A stretch of 64,000 nt of DNA from the NCBI GenBank assembly GCA_000004985.1, contig GG738879.1. The stretch is one strand, 5' to 3'. This document shows, in pieces, positions 36,632-48,408 of the stretch. A program made the translations under genes and the position numbers. The DNA comes from Naegleria gruberi (taxonomy: Eukaryota). Under the pieces are notes generated by a model that saw nothing but the letters and a program-made list of their open reading frames with translations, did no database searches and was not told the origin of the DNA. Positions within the stretch are counted from its first letter, which is position 1. Every line of letters begins with the position of its first letter.

Positions 36632-37049
36632 TTATATCACCTCCATCTCTTTCATTACTGAACAGCAACCTGTTGTCCTAACGGGCTTATTGAATATATT
36701 GTGAGATACGAATTCAGCAAGAAATCAAAGAAGAATAACCCTGAACTGGATTGCATCACAATGATGAAAATACGTTAACTGATAATAATTGTCCGTTTAA
36801 CAACATAAGAAGCAAGAAGAATCTGCTTTAAGGTCACCTTAGTCTTTATTAAGAAGATAACAAGTAAAAAAACAAACATCATCACCATTGCGTCGTTCAT
36901 CATCATTGCTTGGAAAAATTGCTCTCAAGTCCTCTCTCACTGATAGAATAGATATGGAAATATAAGGACAATTCACCACATCAAATAGATCAAATTTTTA
37001 TTATAATATATAATATTATTGAATACATAGAGAAAGTAGAGAAAATAGA

Positions 37050-39521
37050 ATGAATAACTTTGTAACAGCTTTTCACTTAACTTCTATAGAGGATTTTAGT
37101 CCTATACAACGAGCTTACTTTCAAAACAATGGCGACCCGCAGCAACATCCACCTAATACACCTGACAATTCAACTACCACCTCTCACACCCCAATATCTG
37201 TACTCTCCTCAATTCCCTTCTATTCTTCGAAGGCCATTTCCAAGAATAATAGTGTTGCTCCTCTTCATGTATCAAATTATAGACCAACCACACCAAAGAT
37301 TAGAAAACAAACTTCTCTAAGCTTTATAAGAAGTTCCAAGACCTTTGATGTTTCACATTTACAGCGAGTAAGAATCTCAACCAGCTCATCAACGAGTCCT
37401 CTCATTGAGGAACATGTAGAAAAACCGAAAATCACAACATCACTACAAAAGTCTATTGCAGCATCTTCGACTGTTCCCTATGCTGTGGTTACATCATGTG
37501 ATACGAAGAGGATTAATCTTTCAAAATTAGTGGCAATGATTCCACTGCGAATCAAATTGTTCTTTATTGTCATTGTATCGATAGTTTCACTAGTGGCATT
37601 TGGTGCTATTCTTATTAATGATGCAGCAAAGGTATGTTTTTAAGCAATATATTAATTTGACAAGTTAATTATTTAACATTAATTGAACCTTTTTCAGAGA
37701 GTGGTGGAAACACAAAGTGTAAAACAATTAACGTTATTTTCAACAAATATGGCACAAATGATTCATGAATTACAAAAGGAGAGGGGTGCATCCTCTCTCT
37801 ATCTAGGAGCTAGAGGGACTAAATTTGGTTTAGAGCTTGGAAAACAAAGAAATGTAACAAACTCAGCTATTGAAAATTGGCCATCAACAAAAAAGTCTAT
37901 CGATGAGTTTTTCAATTTACTGACAGATAAGGATGATGTAGCTAGAAATCAAACTTATTCCATGGTGTCAAAAATTGATGAATATCTGGGTCAGCTGCCA
38001 AATCAGAGAGAAATGATTCAAAATTTACAATACAACTCATCCAAGCCAGTTATTGATTACTTTTCAGATTGTATTAGGGATATGATTGATGTAGTTTCAG
38101 TGGCTGCATCTTTGGCAGACGATAGAAAATTCCTAGTCATATCAAATATTTACACACTAGTCATGGCTTTAAAAGAAACATTGGGACAAAGAAGGGCCAT
38201 TGGAAGTAATGCTATGGCCGCAAGCGCTTTCTCTAATGATTTTTTCTTTTCATTTCTTGATCTCAAATCTAAATATGTGGCCCTCTATCAGGTTATAGAC
38301 ACCAAGTCAAGAAATAAGGATTGTATTGAATTATTTACCGATTTGGCAAATTATGTACAAAATTCATCATTGATAGATATGATGGAAAGAAACATGTTAT
38401 CCTCCCCTTTTAATTTATCACAGGCTGAACAATCATTTTCTGCTGAAATGTGGTTTTGGACCATTACTGAGAAAATTAACCAACTCAAAATGGTCGAGGA
38501 CAAGATTAGAGATTCAATATTTTCAAATGGTGAGGACATGAAAAAAAGTTCCATGGATGCTTTGATTGGATATAGTGTTGGAGGTTTTTGTGTGGTTCTT
38601 TCCTCCATTATTTTAGCTTTAATCTTTTCAAGAACGATTCAAGACCTGATGAATCTGTACGATGAGACAGTTCACAAATTCGTTCCAAAGGAATTCATGT
38701 CGATTGTACATAAGGATAATGTTGTAGATTTAAAGCACGGAGATTACTTTGAAATGGAATTGGATGTCATGTTTGCTGATATTCGTGGTTATACAAGTAT
38801 TTGTGAAAATATGACACCAGATGAGACGTTTGAGTTTTTGAATAATTATCTGTCATTGGTTGGACCAGTTGTGAGAGAACATGGTGGATATATTGACAAG
38901 TATTTGGGTGATGGTATTTTGGCATTATTTTTAACACCAGGTCAATCTGTTTTAGCTGCAATGGAATTACAAAGAAGGTTAATTTCTCTGAACCAATCTA
39001 AGAGGTATCCAACAGTAAAAGTTGGTATCGGTATTGCAAGAGGTAAATGTGCAGTTGGATTGATTGGAGAATCTCAGAGAGTTGATCCAACCATTATTGG
39101 AGATACTGTCAATTTGGCATCACGTCTTGAATCCCTTACAAAATATTACCAGGTGGATATTGTGGTAACAAGGGAAGTTATTGAAGCATCTCCACTGTTG
39201 GATCCATCAAGATTTAGAAATATTGGAAAAGTTGCAGTTGTTGGAAGACAACAGGCATGTTCAATTTATGAAATTATTACTCAATCTCCAAACAATGATA
39301 AGGAATTGAAGAAGGCTGTCACAAAAGAAAAGTTTGAGGCAGCTATTGAAATGATGTATGATAGGGATAATTTTTATCCAGATGAAGCTCTTGAATATCT
39401 CAAACAAGTTGTTGAAGAGGATGAAAATGACTATGTAGCTCAATTGAGAATGTACAAGCTGGAAGAAATTCTAAGTTCAGAATGCACTTGGCAGTATGAA
39501 GATCGATTAGATTTTAAATAA
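37050..39521 (+). CDS. Receptor-type class III cyclase with a NIT-like sensor (paralogue C). join(37050..37631,37698..39521), ~801 aa.
   Basis: Exon 1 ends ...LVAFGAILINDAAK|GTATGT. The 66-nt intron ends CCTTTTTCAG, and exon 2 begins RVVETQSVKQLTLFSTNMAQMIHELQKERGASSLYLG. TM2 is GYSVGGFCVVLSSIILALIF. The catalytic domain is near-identical in protein and nt sequence to A and B. Confidence 0.85.
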
Positions 39522-39806
39522 AAGTTAGTATTATTCCATTTTGTTTGTCAGAAACAAAAGCGAACCTTGTGGTTTTAGGTTCCCCTGCGCGTCAGCTGTT
39601 GGTGGTTACAACAGCTTTTGTCACCTGGCAGAACATTTGGATATAACCACAATACCAATTGTAGAACCTAGGAGGCGCATATACTACCTATTAATTTACT
39701 TCTTACCAATGCGAGCATAATTTGATGATTACAACATTTTGGTTTGCAAATAAAAAAATGGAAAATACTGACTATTATTTCAAGAGATAACTTTATGTAA
39801 ATATTA

Positions 39807-41175
39807 TTAATTGTTATTTCTAAAATTGTTGATATTTTGAGTTACAGATTCAATTTGATTGGCAAAGAAGAAATGTCCACAATCTCCATAAGCTACCAAT
39901 TTAGAATTTGGAATGTTTTTGAAAGCATAAAACGCATTTTCATCAAAATCAACATTCTTATCATAGATAGAAGCAAGTATTTGAGTTGGAACTTTGATGG
40001 ACGAAAGGTACTTCTTTCTGTCAGATGCCATGTTCAGAAATAGATACATATCGAAAAGGTATCCAATGGTTTTTCTTTGAGTGAAGGCAAAGTTCAAAAG
40101 GAAAACGTTATAAATATTGCGGTTTGTAAAGTTTTCGTCCATTTTTGGGAAACATTGGGATTGTAACTTGGTGGAATCAGAACTTACTCCAAAAACGAAT
40201 AAAGTTAAAGAAGGTTTCATGGACAATATTCTATACAGAGCATAACTTCCCCATCTTAATAAATTTGGATACTTTTGGAAGGAGAAGAAAGGATCCCAAG
40301 AATATATACGAAAGCTTTCTTCAGACGAATCTCTATAACTTTCTTGATACCTCAATAATAAATCAGTAGCATTTTTCTTATCATAGATAAGATAAGGGTC
40401 ATTGCCTTTTTCCAATTTAATTTCCAAATCTTTGAAACTTCTCGTAGTTTCTCCTCTAATAATAATCATGTTTCGAACAATTCCAACAATTAGATGGAGA
40501 CTTGAAATTCGTGAAGGATTCATCTTGGCAATATGTAGAGCATAAGGTCCTCCTCCAGAAACTCCAATCACTGAAAAGTTTGCATTCTCACCCACCAAAT
40601 GATTCATCAACGAAACCATCAATAAATTAGACGAATCCAAAATAAAGTCCAATGAAGGAATTTCACTCCCAGATTTCCCCTCCAATTCTAATATTTGTTG
40701 CAAATGGGAAATATTGGTAAAATCAAAGGTGTGATTGTTGAAAGTTTCTCCTCCCATATAGAAATTAATAATCTTTCGTTCAGTTTCTGAAAACTTTTCA
40801 AACATGGTTTTACAATATCCAATTCTAACAGGGCTAATCAGAACCCAATCAGATGGAATAGTAGTTGCAAATATTTTACCTTCTTCATATCCACTTGGAG
40901 ATCCATGGCTATTGAGGAAGTTTCCCCAAGTTAGAATAATGTTTAGTAAATAATAAATCAACTTACAGATGAAGAAATACCTTCTTTGTAACATTCTTGT
41001 TCAATAAATGGCCATTAAGAATGTGATACTGAATAGTTCCATAATCTGATTGATAAACTATTGTTTCTGATTCTTCCATTTTTGGAATGTCAACATTCAT
41101 TGTCTTGTTGTAATCATAAACCACAACAGAAACCAACAAGATAACCAAAAACCATATGAATTGACTTGTTTTCAT
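39807..41175 (-). CDS. Secreted alpha/beta-hydrolase-fold enzyme (proline iminopeptidase/S33-like). complement(join(39807..~40917,40967..41175)).
   Basis: Exon 1 has a signal peptide MKTSQFIWFLVILLVSVVV and ends ...KKVFLHL|GTAAGT. A ~50-nt intron ends CTCAATAG. Exon 2 continues HGSPSGYEEG (HGxP oxyanion motif), GVSGGG (GxSxG nucleophile) and GDCGHFF (catalytic His). Confidence 0.7.
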
Positions 41176-42634
41176 TTTTTATTATTGTATTTAAAAACAG
41201 TTTTGACACATTTTGGGTTTTTAATTGGAGAAATCTTTCGAATAGTTTCAACGCGCAATACGCAAGAGTGCTTTTTTGTAAATTTTTCAACTAGACCCAT
41301 TTTGAACACACACTGAAACCTTAAAGATTATTCACACACTTATCAAATAACACGATACTTTTCTAATAAGCTGCCAATTAAAACAATGAATAGAGACATT
41401 CTCACCATATTATTATTACCATTTCACTCTAACCATCACAAACTTCTTTCTATTGAGAATTGCTCACAAACGTGTCTGATATCTTTCTTGTCATCATCTC
41501 ATCTGTATCGAATGAATTGAAAGAGAGTGCGCCTAATATGATGTTGTGTAACAACTCTTTTGTGTTGCACAACATTATTTGATGATCAGAAAATGGTTTA
41601 TTTGTGACAACTTAAGAGAAATTCAATCGAATCAAAGAGCATTCAATAGATTTAGAGCATTCAATACTATTGAAAAGGAAGGCTTGCTCTGACAATGAAC
41701 TTTCTGATAATAATTTTGTATATAATAGCTAGTAACTTATTAGAAACTGTGCTTAAAATTTTAATTTACCATTTTACGTGCATAGCTCACGGTAGGTATT
41801 GTAATATTCTTAATCGGCAGTATCTGAGGTTTTTGAAATCTAAATCCTGTTTCCAATAAAGATTTCGTTCATTTTAGGAACTTATTTAGAAAAGTGGATT
41901 CCAAGAAAATGAAGTTCTTCCATTATCGATTACCAATCATATCGAATAATGTAAAATGCAATTTTTTTATTAAGAAAACAGTCGTTTTATTACATATTAT
42001 CAAACTATTCGAAAGGAATCATGTCATGATGATTTCTGTCGATTTTCGAATAATATTGATTCAGATAGAAACATGGAGGATTGTATGCTGAGAAGATGTC
42101 TTTCATCGCTGTCAATCCAAAGTGAAATCAGTCTAACTTTCATAGGAGATTCCGTTACTAAATCAAGGTTTCTGATAATCCAAACTATTCTCCAACTCTT
42201 CCAGTTCAAAGAAGAAGAAGGAGCTGAATACAAGACAAAGGAAATAGGAGCAATAAAATCGAATAAGAGTTATCATGTCGATGCTTTTTTTTAAAGAAGA
42301 ACTATTCAATCTGAAAGTTGCCATTCTTGTTGTTGTGTTTTGAATATCTAACCAACAAATTAACATATTTAGAAAGATACCAAACATAACATGTAGATAA
42401 AAAACGGTCGAGCAATAACAATAATTCAATTTCTGTTAGACTCTACACCATGCAAATGAAGAAGATTGTGTTAAACCAAGAGTTCAAACTCTCAAAAGAC
42501 GAGTTGGAGGAAATATTATAAAGGATATACGAACAATGAGATTAAGGCACAAAATTTGAATGATTTGCAATGGGAAGTTAATTGGACAACGACCACTGCA
42601 TGTCATATTAAGGAGAATTTCATTATGAATGTAA

Positions 42635-42708
42635 GCAGCGATAGATCAGTTGGTTAGATCGTAAGCCTAACACGCTTAAGGTCGCGGGTTCAAGCCCCGC
42701 TCGCTGTA
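42635..42708 (+). tRNA. tRNA-Val (anticodon AAC), copy 1.
   Basis: Acceptor GCAGCGA/TCGCTGT, D-arm GATC...GATC, anticodon loop CTAACAC, T-arm GCGGGTTCAAGCCCCGC. Confidence 0.85.
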
Positions 42709-42728
42709 TCCATTTAGTCTTTTTTCAT

Positions 42729-42773
42729 TTATTGAGATTGACATTTAGCATCGATCTAAGGTTGAGCTTAAAA
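42729..42773 (+). promoter_or_regulatory. Conserved tRNA-downstream element (TTATTGAGATTGACATTTAGCATCGATCTAAGGTTGAGCTTAAA), external-B-box-like, copy 1.
   Basis: The same 45-nt block follows both tRNA-Val copies ~20-40 nt downstream. AGGTTGAGCTT resembles the B-box consensus GGTTCGANTCC. Confidence 0.5.
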
Positions 42774-43671
42774 ACTCAATATTTCCTCAAAATATTGTGA
42801 GAATTGTTTGGATTGAAGTGTGAAAAAGTTCTTTTTGCATCTTTGCTTAGCATGGAATGATCTATAATTCAACATTGAGTTACAGGTGTGAGAATAGGAG
42901 TTTTGAGAATGTGAAAGAATCCCAGTTTGTGATTTCTTTTTGTATTTAATGAACGGCATGGTGTATACTAATTCGAATGTGGGTTTGTTTTTGGGTTAAG
43001 TATCAAAATGAAATTATTCGACACCATTGATTCGAATCATTTGAAACGGAAAGAAGCTGTGCTCGGCAAGAACTTAAACAGAGATGTGAACAAAGTAAAC
43101 ATTTATTTCAGTTTCTAATAGTGTGGAGTATACATGAGAAGACACTTCCACTCAGGAAGTTAAATTAGTAAGGATTGAAATCAATCCATTCTTCATTGTA
43201 TTTTTCTAGATTCAAAGATATTTCAAGCGTAAAATTGTAAATACAGTGAGTGCACTCACTCATAAAGTAATATATATTCGAAAGTGGTTTCTTGTTACAA
43301 CCATTCAAGATCCATCCAACTCTCTTTTATCACTCCATCCAACACGCAATCAAATTCATCAAAATCAAAGAACGAAAACGAACTGAAAAGCAAGTGGAGC
43401 AGAAAGAGACAACTCTCTATTAAGAAGTCTATCATTTTGTTTTGTTTTGAATAAATTGAATGCGTGCTAGCCAGCTTTTCATATTTTGATGTTGTAGTAT
43501 TTGGAAATTTCCTTTTTCATTTCATGAGTATTTCGCAATCTCAATTGTTGAGTTCGTTTGCGAATTGAGAAAGAGGATAATATGTGCGTTTATAACCAAA
43601 TGCGTATGTGTATTAGACTTATCTCAAAACTCAAACCAGCAATTCAGTTTATAGATTTTCTTTCAACTGCA

Positions 43672-43703
43672 AAAGTGATGAGGCAAAAGTGATGAGGCAA
43701 AAG
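43672..43703. repeat. Short tandem repeat (AAAAGTGATGAGGC x ~2.3) abutting the 3' side of tRNA-His.
   Basis: Direct tandem copies are visible in the sequence. Confidence 0.5.
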
Positions 43704-43704
43704 G

Positions 43705-43776
43705 TGTAGGAAGACAGGGAATCGAACCCTGATCTTAGGAACCACAATCCCATGTTCTACCACTGAACTATCTCCC
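43705..43776 (-). tRNA. tRNA-His (anticodon GUG).
   Basis: Anticodon stem-loop TGGGA-TTGTGGT-TCCTA, D-arm GTTCAGTGGTAGAAC, T-arm CAGGGTTCGATTCCCTG. Confidence 0.8.
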
Positions 43777-43909
43777 TTCTTGCCATTATCTTTCAATATT
43801 CACTAACAGCACATACTTCAATAAAGTCAATCAAAAATTTATCCTATCAAAATCCTTAATTTAAACCTTCTTATTCCTCGTATAAGAAGGAACCTACAGA
43901 GAATCATCA

Positions 43910-44747
43910 GTGCACTCCACAAACTGCAACACATCAAAAAAAATGTCCAGCTCACCATCCAATATCAACAATACCACAACTCTCTCAACATCAGCACCAC
44001 CAGCCACTACCACCACAACAGAAGTCGCTGCTGAGAGCATGGAACAATCCTCCCTTCGTTACTTGGGTTATTTGGGTCGTTTGAAGACTGCCATTGTTGC
44101 TGGAGCTCGTTATTTGGCCTACACTTCCGATGTTGGTATGTAACAAGTGATGATGTGTTATCTTTACTCATGAAACTCTATGATGATGATATATTTACCA
44201 TTCATATTTGGATATGATACTAAATGCTACTATTTTCCCGACCTATTTTATTACTGTTTATTATTATACTTGGAATAATTTCATTATTTGATGATGAATA
44301 TGAACAAATATTAAAATGATTATATTTATTAAAATAGGTGAGGCATTTAGACCAATTGTCCATCCATTGATTGTGAGAGCTGGTTATGGTATTTCATGGG
44401 CTTACGTTCTTGGTGATGTTGGTATTCAAACTTATAGAGAAAAGGAAAAGGGATCATCAACTAATACAGTTCTCAGAACTGCAACAAAGACGGCAATTTT
44501 CCAATCGACAGCTTCAATGATTTTGCCAATGATTACCATTCACCAAACTGTTCACGTTGTTTCTGCAATTTTGAAGAAGGTTGGATACAAATCAAAGGTT
44601 ATTCCAACAATTTCAGGTTTGGCTGTTATTCCTGCATTGCCATTCATGTTCGATCACCCAGTTGAACATTTTGTTGATACTGTTTATGATAAGTATTGGC
44701 CTGTTGATGAAAAGGATTCACATGCTGAAAAGGAAAAGCAACATTAA
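43910..44747 (+). CDS. Mitochondrial fission process protein 1 (MTP18/MTFP1 family). join(43910..44135,44338..44747). The start may instead be the internal ATG at 43943.
   Basis: The spliced product YLGYLGRLKTAIVAGARYLAYTSDVG|GEAFRPIVHPLIVRAGYGISWAYV matches the conserved MTP18 core. The intron is GTATGT..AAAATAG (202 nt) in phase 1. Confidence 0.7.
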
Positions 44748-44774
44748 TGAAATTATTTATTGAACTCTTTAATT

Positions 44775-47700
44775 CTATTCGTCTAGTTCACTAATTGGCC
44801 AATCTTTTGGAGATCCTGTAATAAAAGGAGATGTAGAGGAGGCCGTATCATCAACAATTGCATGGAAATCATTCAAATTTAGACCAACCATATTTCTATT
44901 GGGTGTGACTGGATAATTTACATTCTTTGGAGGAGAAATAATTTGTGGAATTTCATCACTATTGGTCTTGACAAAGTCTAAATCTGATACTGAAATCATG
45001 ACATCATCGGTGGTGAGAGTTGGTTGGAAACATTCAGCAAGTTTTGGAGCTTGAATTTGGGCTATGGTAGCTCCATTCTGTCTTTCATTCAGATATTGCA
45101 GAATTATATTCGTCTCTTGACTATCTTCATTCTTTAATCCATTTGGTGTCGAAACTCGATTTCTCTTCAAAAAACCGTGAGAAAGGAGTTTCTCTGCTGT
45201 TGGACGATTCTTTGATTTCAAACACTTTCTCAAAAATTCCTTCAAACTACTGTCACACCAACTAGGAATGACATCTTTGAGTCGTTCCCAATTTTCAGTC
45301 ACTACCAAGATCATGGTATTAGCCTTGTATGTGGACGAGTCCATTCTCTGTTTCACACCTGAAATTAAATTGTAGGGATTTTCTCCTCCCAATAACAGTT
45401 GGAATACTGTCACACCAACACTCCAAATATCAATCGAGTAGTCAATAGTGATTGGCTTCACCTTGAAAATATCACCTGGCAAGTAGCATGTCGTTCCAAA
45501 TGCTGCGCTAGTGACTGTTCCTTCATTCGATTCTCCAAAATCTGATAATTTAATACAATCCTGATTCTCAATTAAAATATTGTGAGCTATTATCAATATA
45601 ACAATGAATTAAGAAAGTGGTAAATGAAAAATAACCTACGTTTGATATCGCAATGATAAATTCCACGATCATGTAAATGCTGTACAGCGAGAAGTAATTG
45701 ACGTGTATAGAGGGCAATTCTTGATATTGACAGAGATCCCTTCTTTGTCTTCAAATGCTCAACTCTATTTCAATGTACATATTAATAACAATTTCTGATA
45801 GTTAATAAACTTACAAATCAAACAAGTTTCCTCCAGGCATGTATTGCAATTTCACAAAATACTTTCCATTTCCCTCCTTATATCCAAAATATTGAATGAT
45901 ATTCTGATGCATGATGGTATCTTTTTTGTAAGCTTCCAATTCTCTCTTAATCTTTTCAGTGTTGATTTCTTTCAGGGCAAAGAGTGATTTATCATTGTGA
46001 TCGAGGCACAAATAGACAACACCGTATTGCCCCTTTCCCAATTCACCCAATCGAGTCCAATCCTCCATAACATATTCCATTGTAACAATGAATGGATCTT
46101 CATTGCTCTCATATGCATCATTGATCATTTGTTTGAATAAATCAGTGGTGGTTGCATAGAGCTCCTTTCCATTGAGAATGTACTTGAAACGGAGCTCTCT
46201 CATAGTGAGAATTCTGCCCTTAATAATATTATTATTGATGAAATTTCTCAAATCAAACTCTGTTGTTGAAGATGTGAACATGAATTTGTAACTCTTTTCC
46301 TTATTTTGATTGTCCTTGTATGAAATCAGCATGGTTTTTTCTCTCCTCTGAAGGAAACAATATCTAGCATGATCTATAATGTCGTTCTTTCTAATTCTTC
46401 GTTTGGTCAATTGGTTTATATCTACATCGTACCTCTTAATGATCACCTGCATTGCATCTTTGTTTTCACATTGAGCTGCAATTACTAAATATTCCAAAAA
46501 GAATGCCTTAAGTTCTGACTCTAAACTTTCCACTTGGTTGGATTGTAAATTTGAAAGCTGTTTCTCAATTTGGTCAATTTTGAATGCCTTCATATATTCG
46601 AGTGAAATGATGAATGATTCTCTTTCATACTCTGTTTGAATAAATCCTTTTTGAAGAATTTCATCTATTCTTCGTATCATTTCTTGTCGTTTGACATTTT
46701 CCGAAATGGTATCAAATCTGGAGAATTGTTCAATTTCTTTTGCTATGGATTGAGAACTCGAGTATGAATTTGGCAGTTTTCCATCACAATCCAAAGCATA
46801 TTTGTTTGCTCCATTCATGAGTAAGAAATGAACAACTTGCTCGTTATTATGATGGCACGCCCAGTGGAGAGGAGTCTTTTTATAAATATGATGTGAGCTA
46901 TTCATATCCGCTTTCATAAATAGAGAAACAATTTCCTTATCAGCATTCAATTCTGTTAATATTAAGAGTGGAGTTCTGTTTGCTTTTTTATCATTGGCTA
47001 AACGAGCTCTCTCACTCTCTCCAGTTCCTTTCGCCCTCACTGTTCTACAATCAATATAATCATTATAATTTACATCGTGATATCTCAATAGGAGAGATAT
47101 TATCTTCTTGAAGGCATTAATATCCTTCTCATTTCTATTCTTTTCACATATTAATTCACAGCATACATGTATACACCTCTGTGTTGATATTGTTCCATAA
47201 ACAAATTTTCACATTTCAATTTTGGAAAAAAACATACCATCTATATTTGAAATTATATTCGAAACAAAATTTCCAAAGAATATCAACTTACTCCTTGCTA
47301 TTTATCAAAATTTCATTCTACTCCAATAATTTTCAATTACTTACATCATTATAATCCAAATCTCTTACTCCCAATTCCAATAATTTCTCCACCACTTCCC
47401 AATGTTTCGACTTGACAGCAAAAAACATTGGAGTTCTCCTTATCAAAATCATTTTTCACAAACAATCTCGTGTTGTACTTTTCCAATAATTGTAATACTG
47501 AAACATGTCCAAATTTACAAGCAATATGAATTGGATAAATAACATCAATCTTTTGACGAATGCTCTTATTAGTATCAGCTCCTTTTTGTATTAGAAACTC
47601 GACAATATCCAAAGCACCAACTGAACAAGCATAAGCCAATGGTGTATATTGCTACAATAAATTTTACAATAAATTTTCCATTCAAATCATAAATTCCAAT

Positions 47701-47992
47701 AATTAAACAATTTTCAATCAAGAAATTACGATTTGATTTTCCAATGCAAATTTTATGAATCATCAAAATATTCCGAATTTCGTTTGATGATCAAATTTCA
47801 TAAGAAACAAACCTCGTAAACTCCAATATCACTCGGGTGAGTATCTTCTAGTTTCGTCTTTCCACTTTGAATAAACTTTTTAACTGAATTCAAGTCCTTC
47901 TTTTCGATCGCATCAAAAATGTCATAATCCCGTGATGTGAGTTCGGTGCTTCGTGTGGGAGAACGAGCAATAGAATCAAAGATTGATGACAT
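44775..47992 (-). CDS. Ankyrin-repeat protein kinase, multi-exon. Confident exons: 47813..47992, 47345..47651 (with a 1-nt frameshift), a large middle exon ending at 45815 (ORF 45811..47088 plus an unresolved 5' junction), 45640..45764 and 44775..45586.
   Basis: ANK repeats (TPLHWACHHNNEQVVHFLLMNGAN; PIHIACKFGHVSVLQLL). Kinase subdomains GELGKGQYGVVY, ALKEI, HCDIKPHNILI (spliced across two introns), DFGES and a CLK/SRPK-like C-lobe. The introns 45765..45814 and 45587..45639 were verified to be phase-consistent. Confidence 0.65.
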
Positions 47993-48408
47993 TTTTTTAT
48001 AATATATTAAATATATTAAACATTAAATATAACATGTTTAATATTCATTCAATAATAATACTAATTCTTCAAACTTGTTCTGTTCCGATGATGATGATAA
48101 AAAGTTTAATCATCTAACAAGTTATTAAAAAATCTTATTTCATCAAAAGTTGTCAATCATCATATATTAAAAAAATAGTTTTTTCATCACCCGAAGATTT
48201 TGATCAAAAAACTCTCTTCGGATCAATCCAAATAATTATAATTTTATAATAATAACATCATGTTTCTCACCGAGTGGTATTATACACTAAAGTATGATAA
48301 CGCTCTGAGGATTAAAACATCTGTCGTGTAGGTTTTTTAGAGTTTCAAAATTTGTGTGTTTAAAACCAACAACAATAATAATTTAGAGCGTTTTGTTTAT
48401 TAGCCTTT

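Noticed and set aside
39540-39620. Possible tRNA (GGTTCC and T-loop-like strings)
   Set aside because: No acceptor stem or anticodon arm can be folded; only a simple hairpin is present (reported separately as a low-interest finding).
47090-47345. Possible 7-nt micro-exon (CAAGGAG) between two GTAAGT-type introns in the kinase gene
   Set aside because: Phase bookkeeping did not yield a clean continuous frame into the large middle exon. It is too speculative without transcript data, so the junction is left unresolved.
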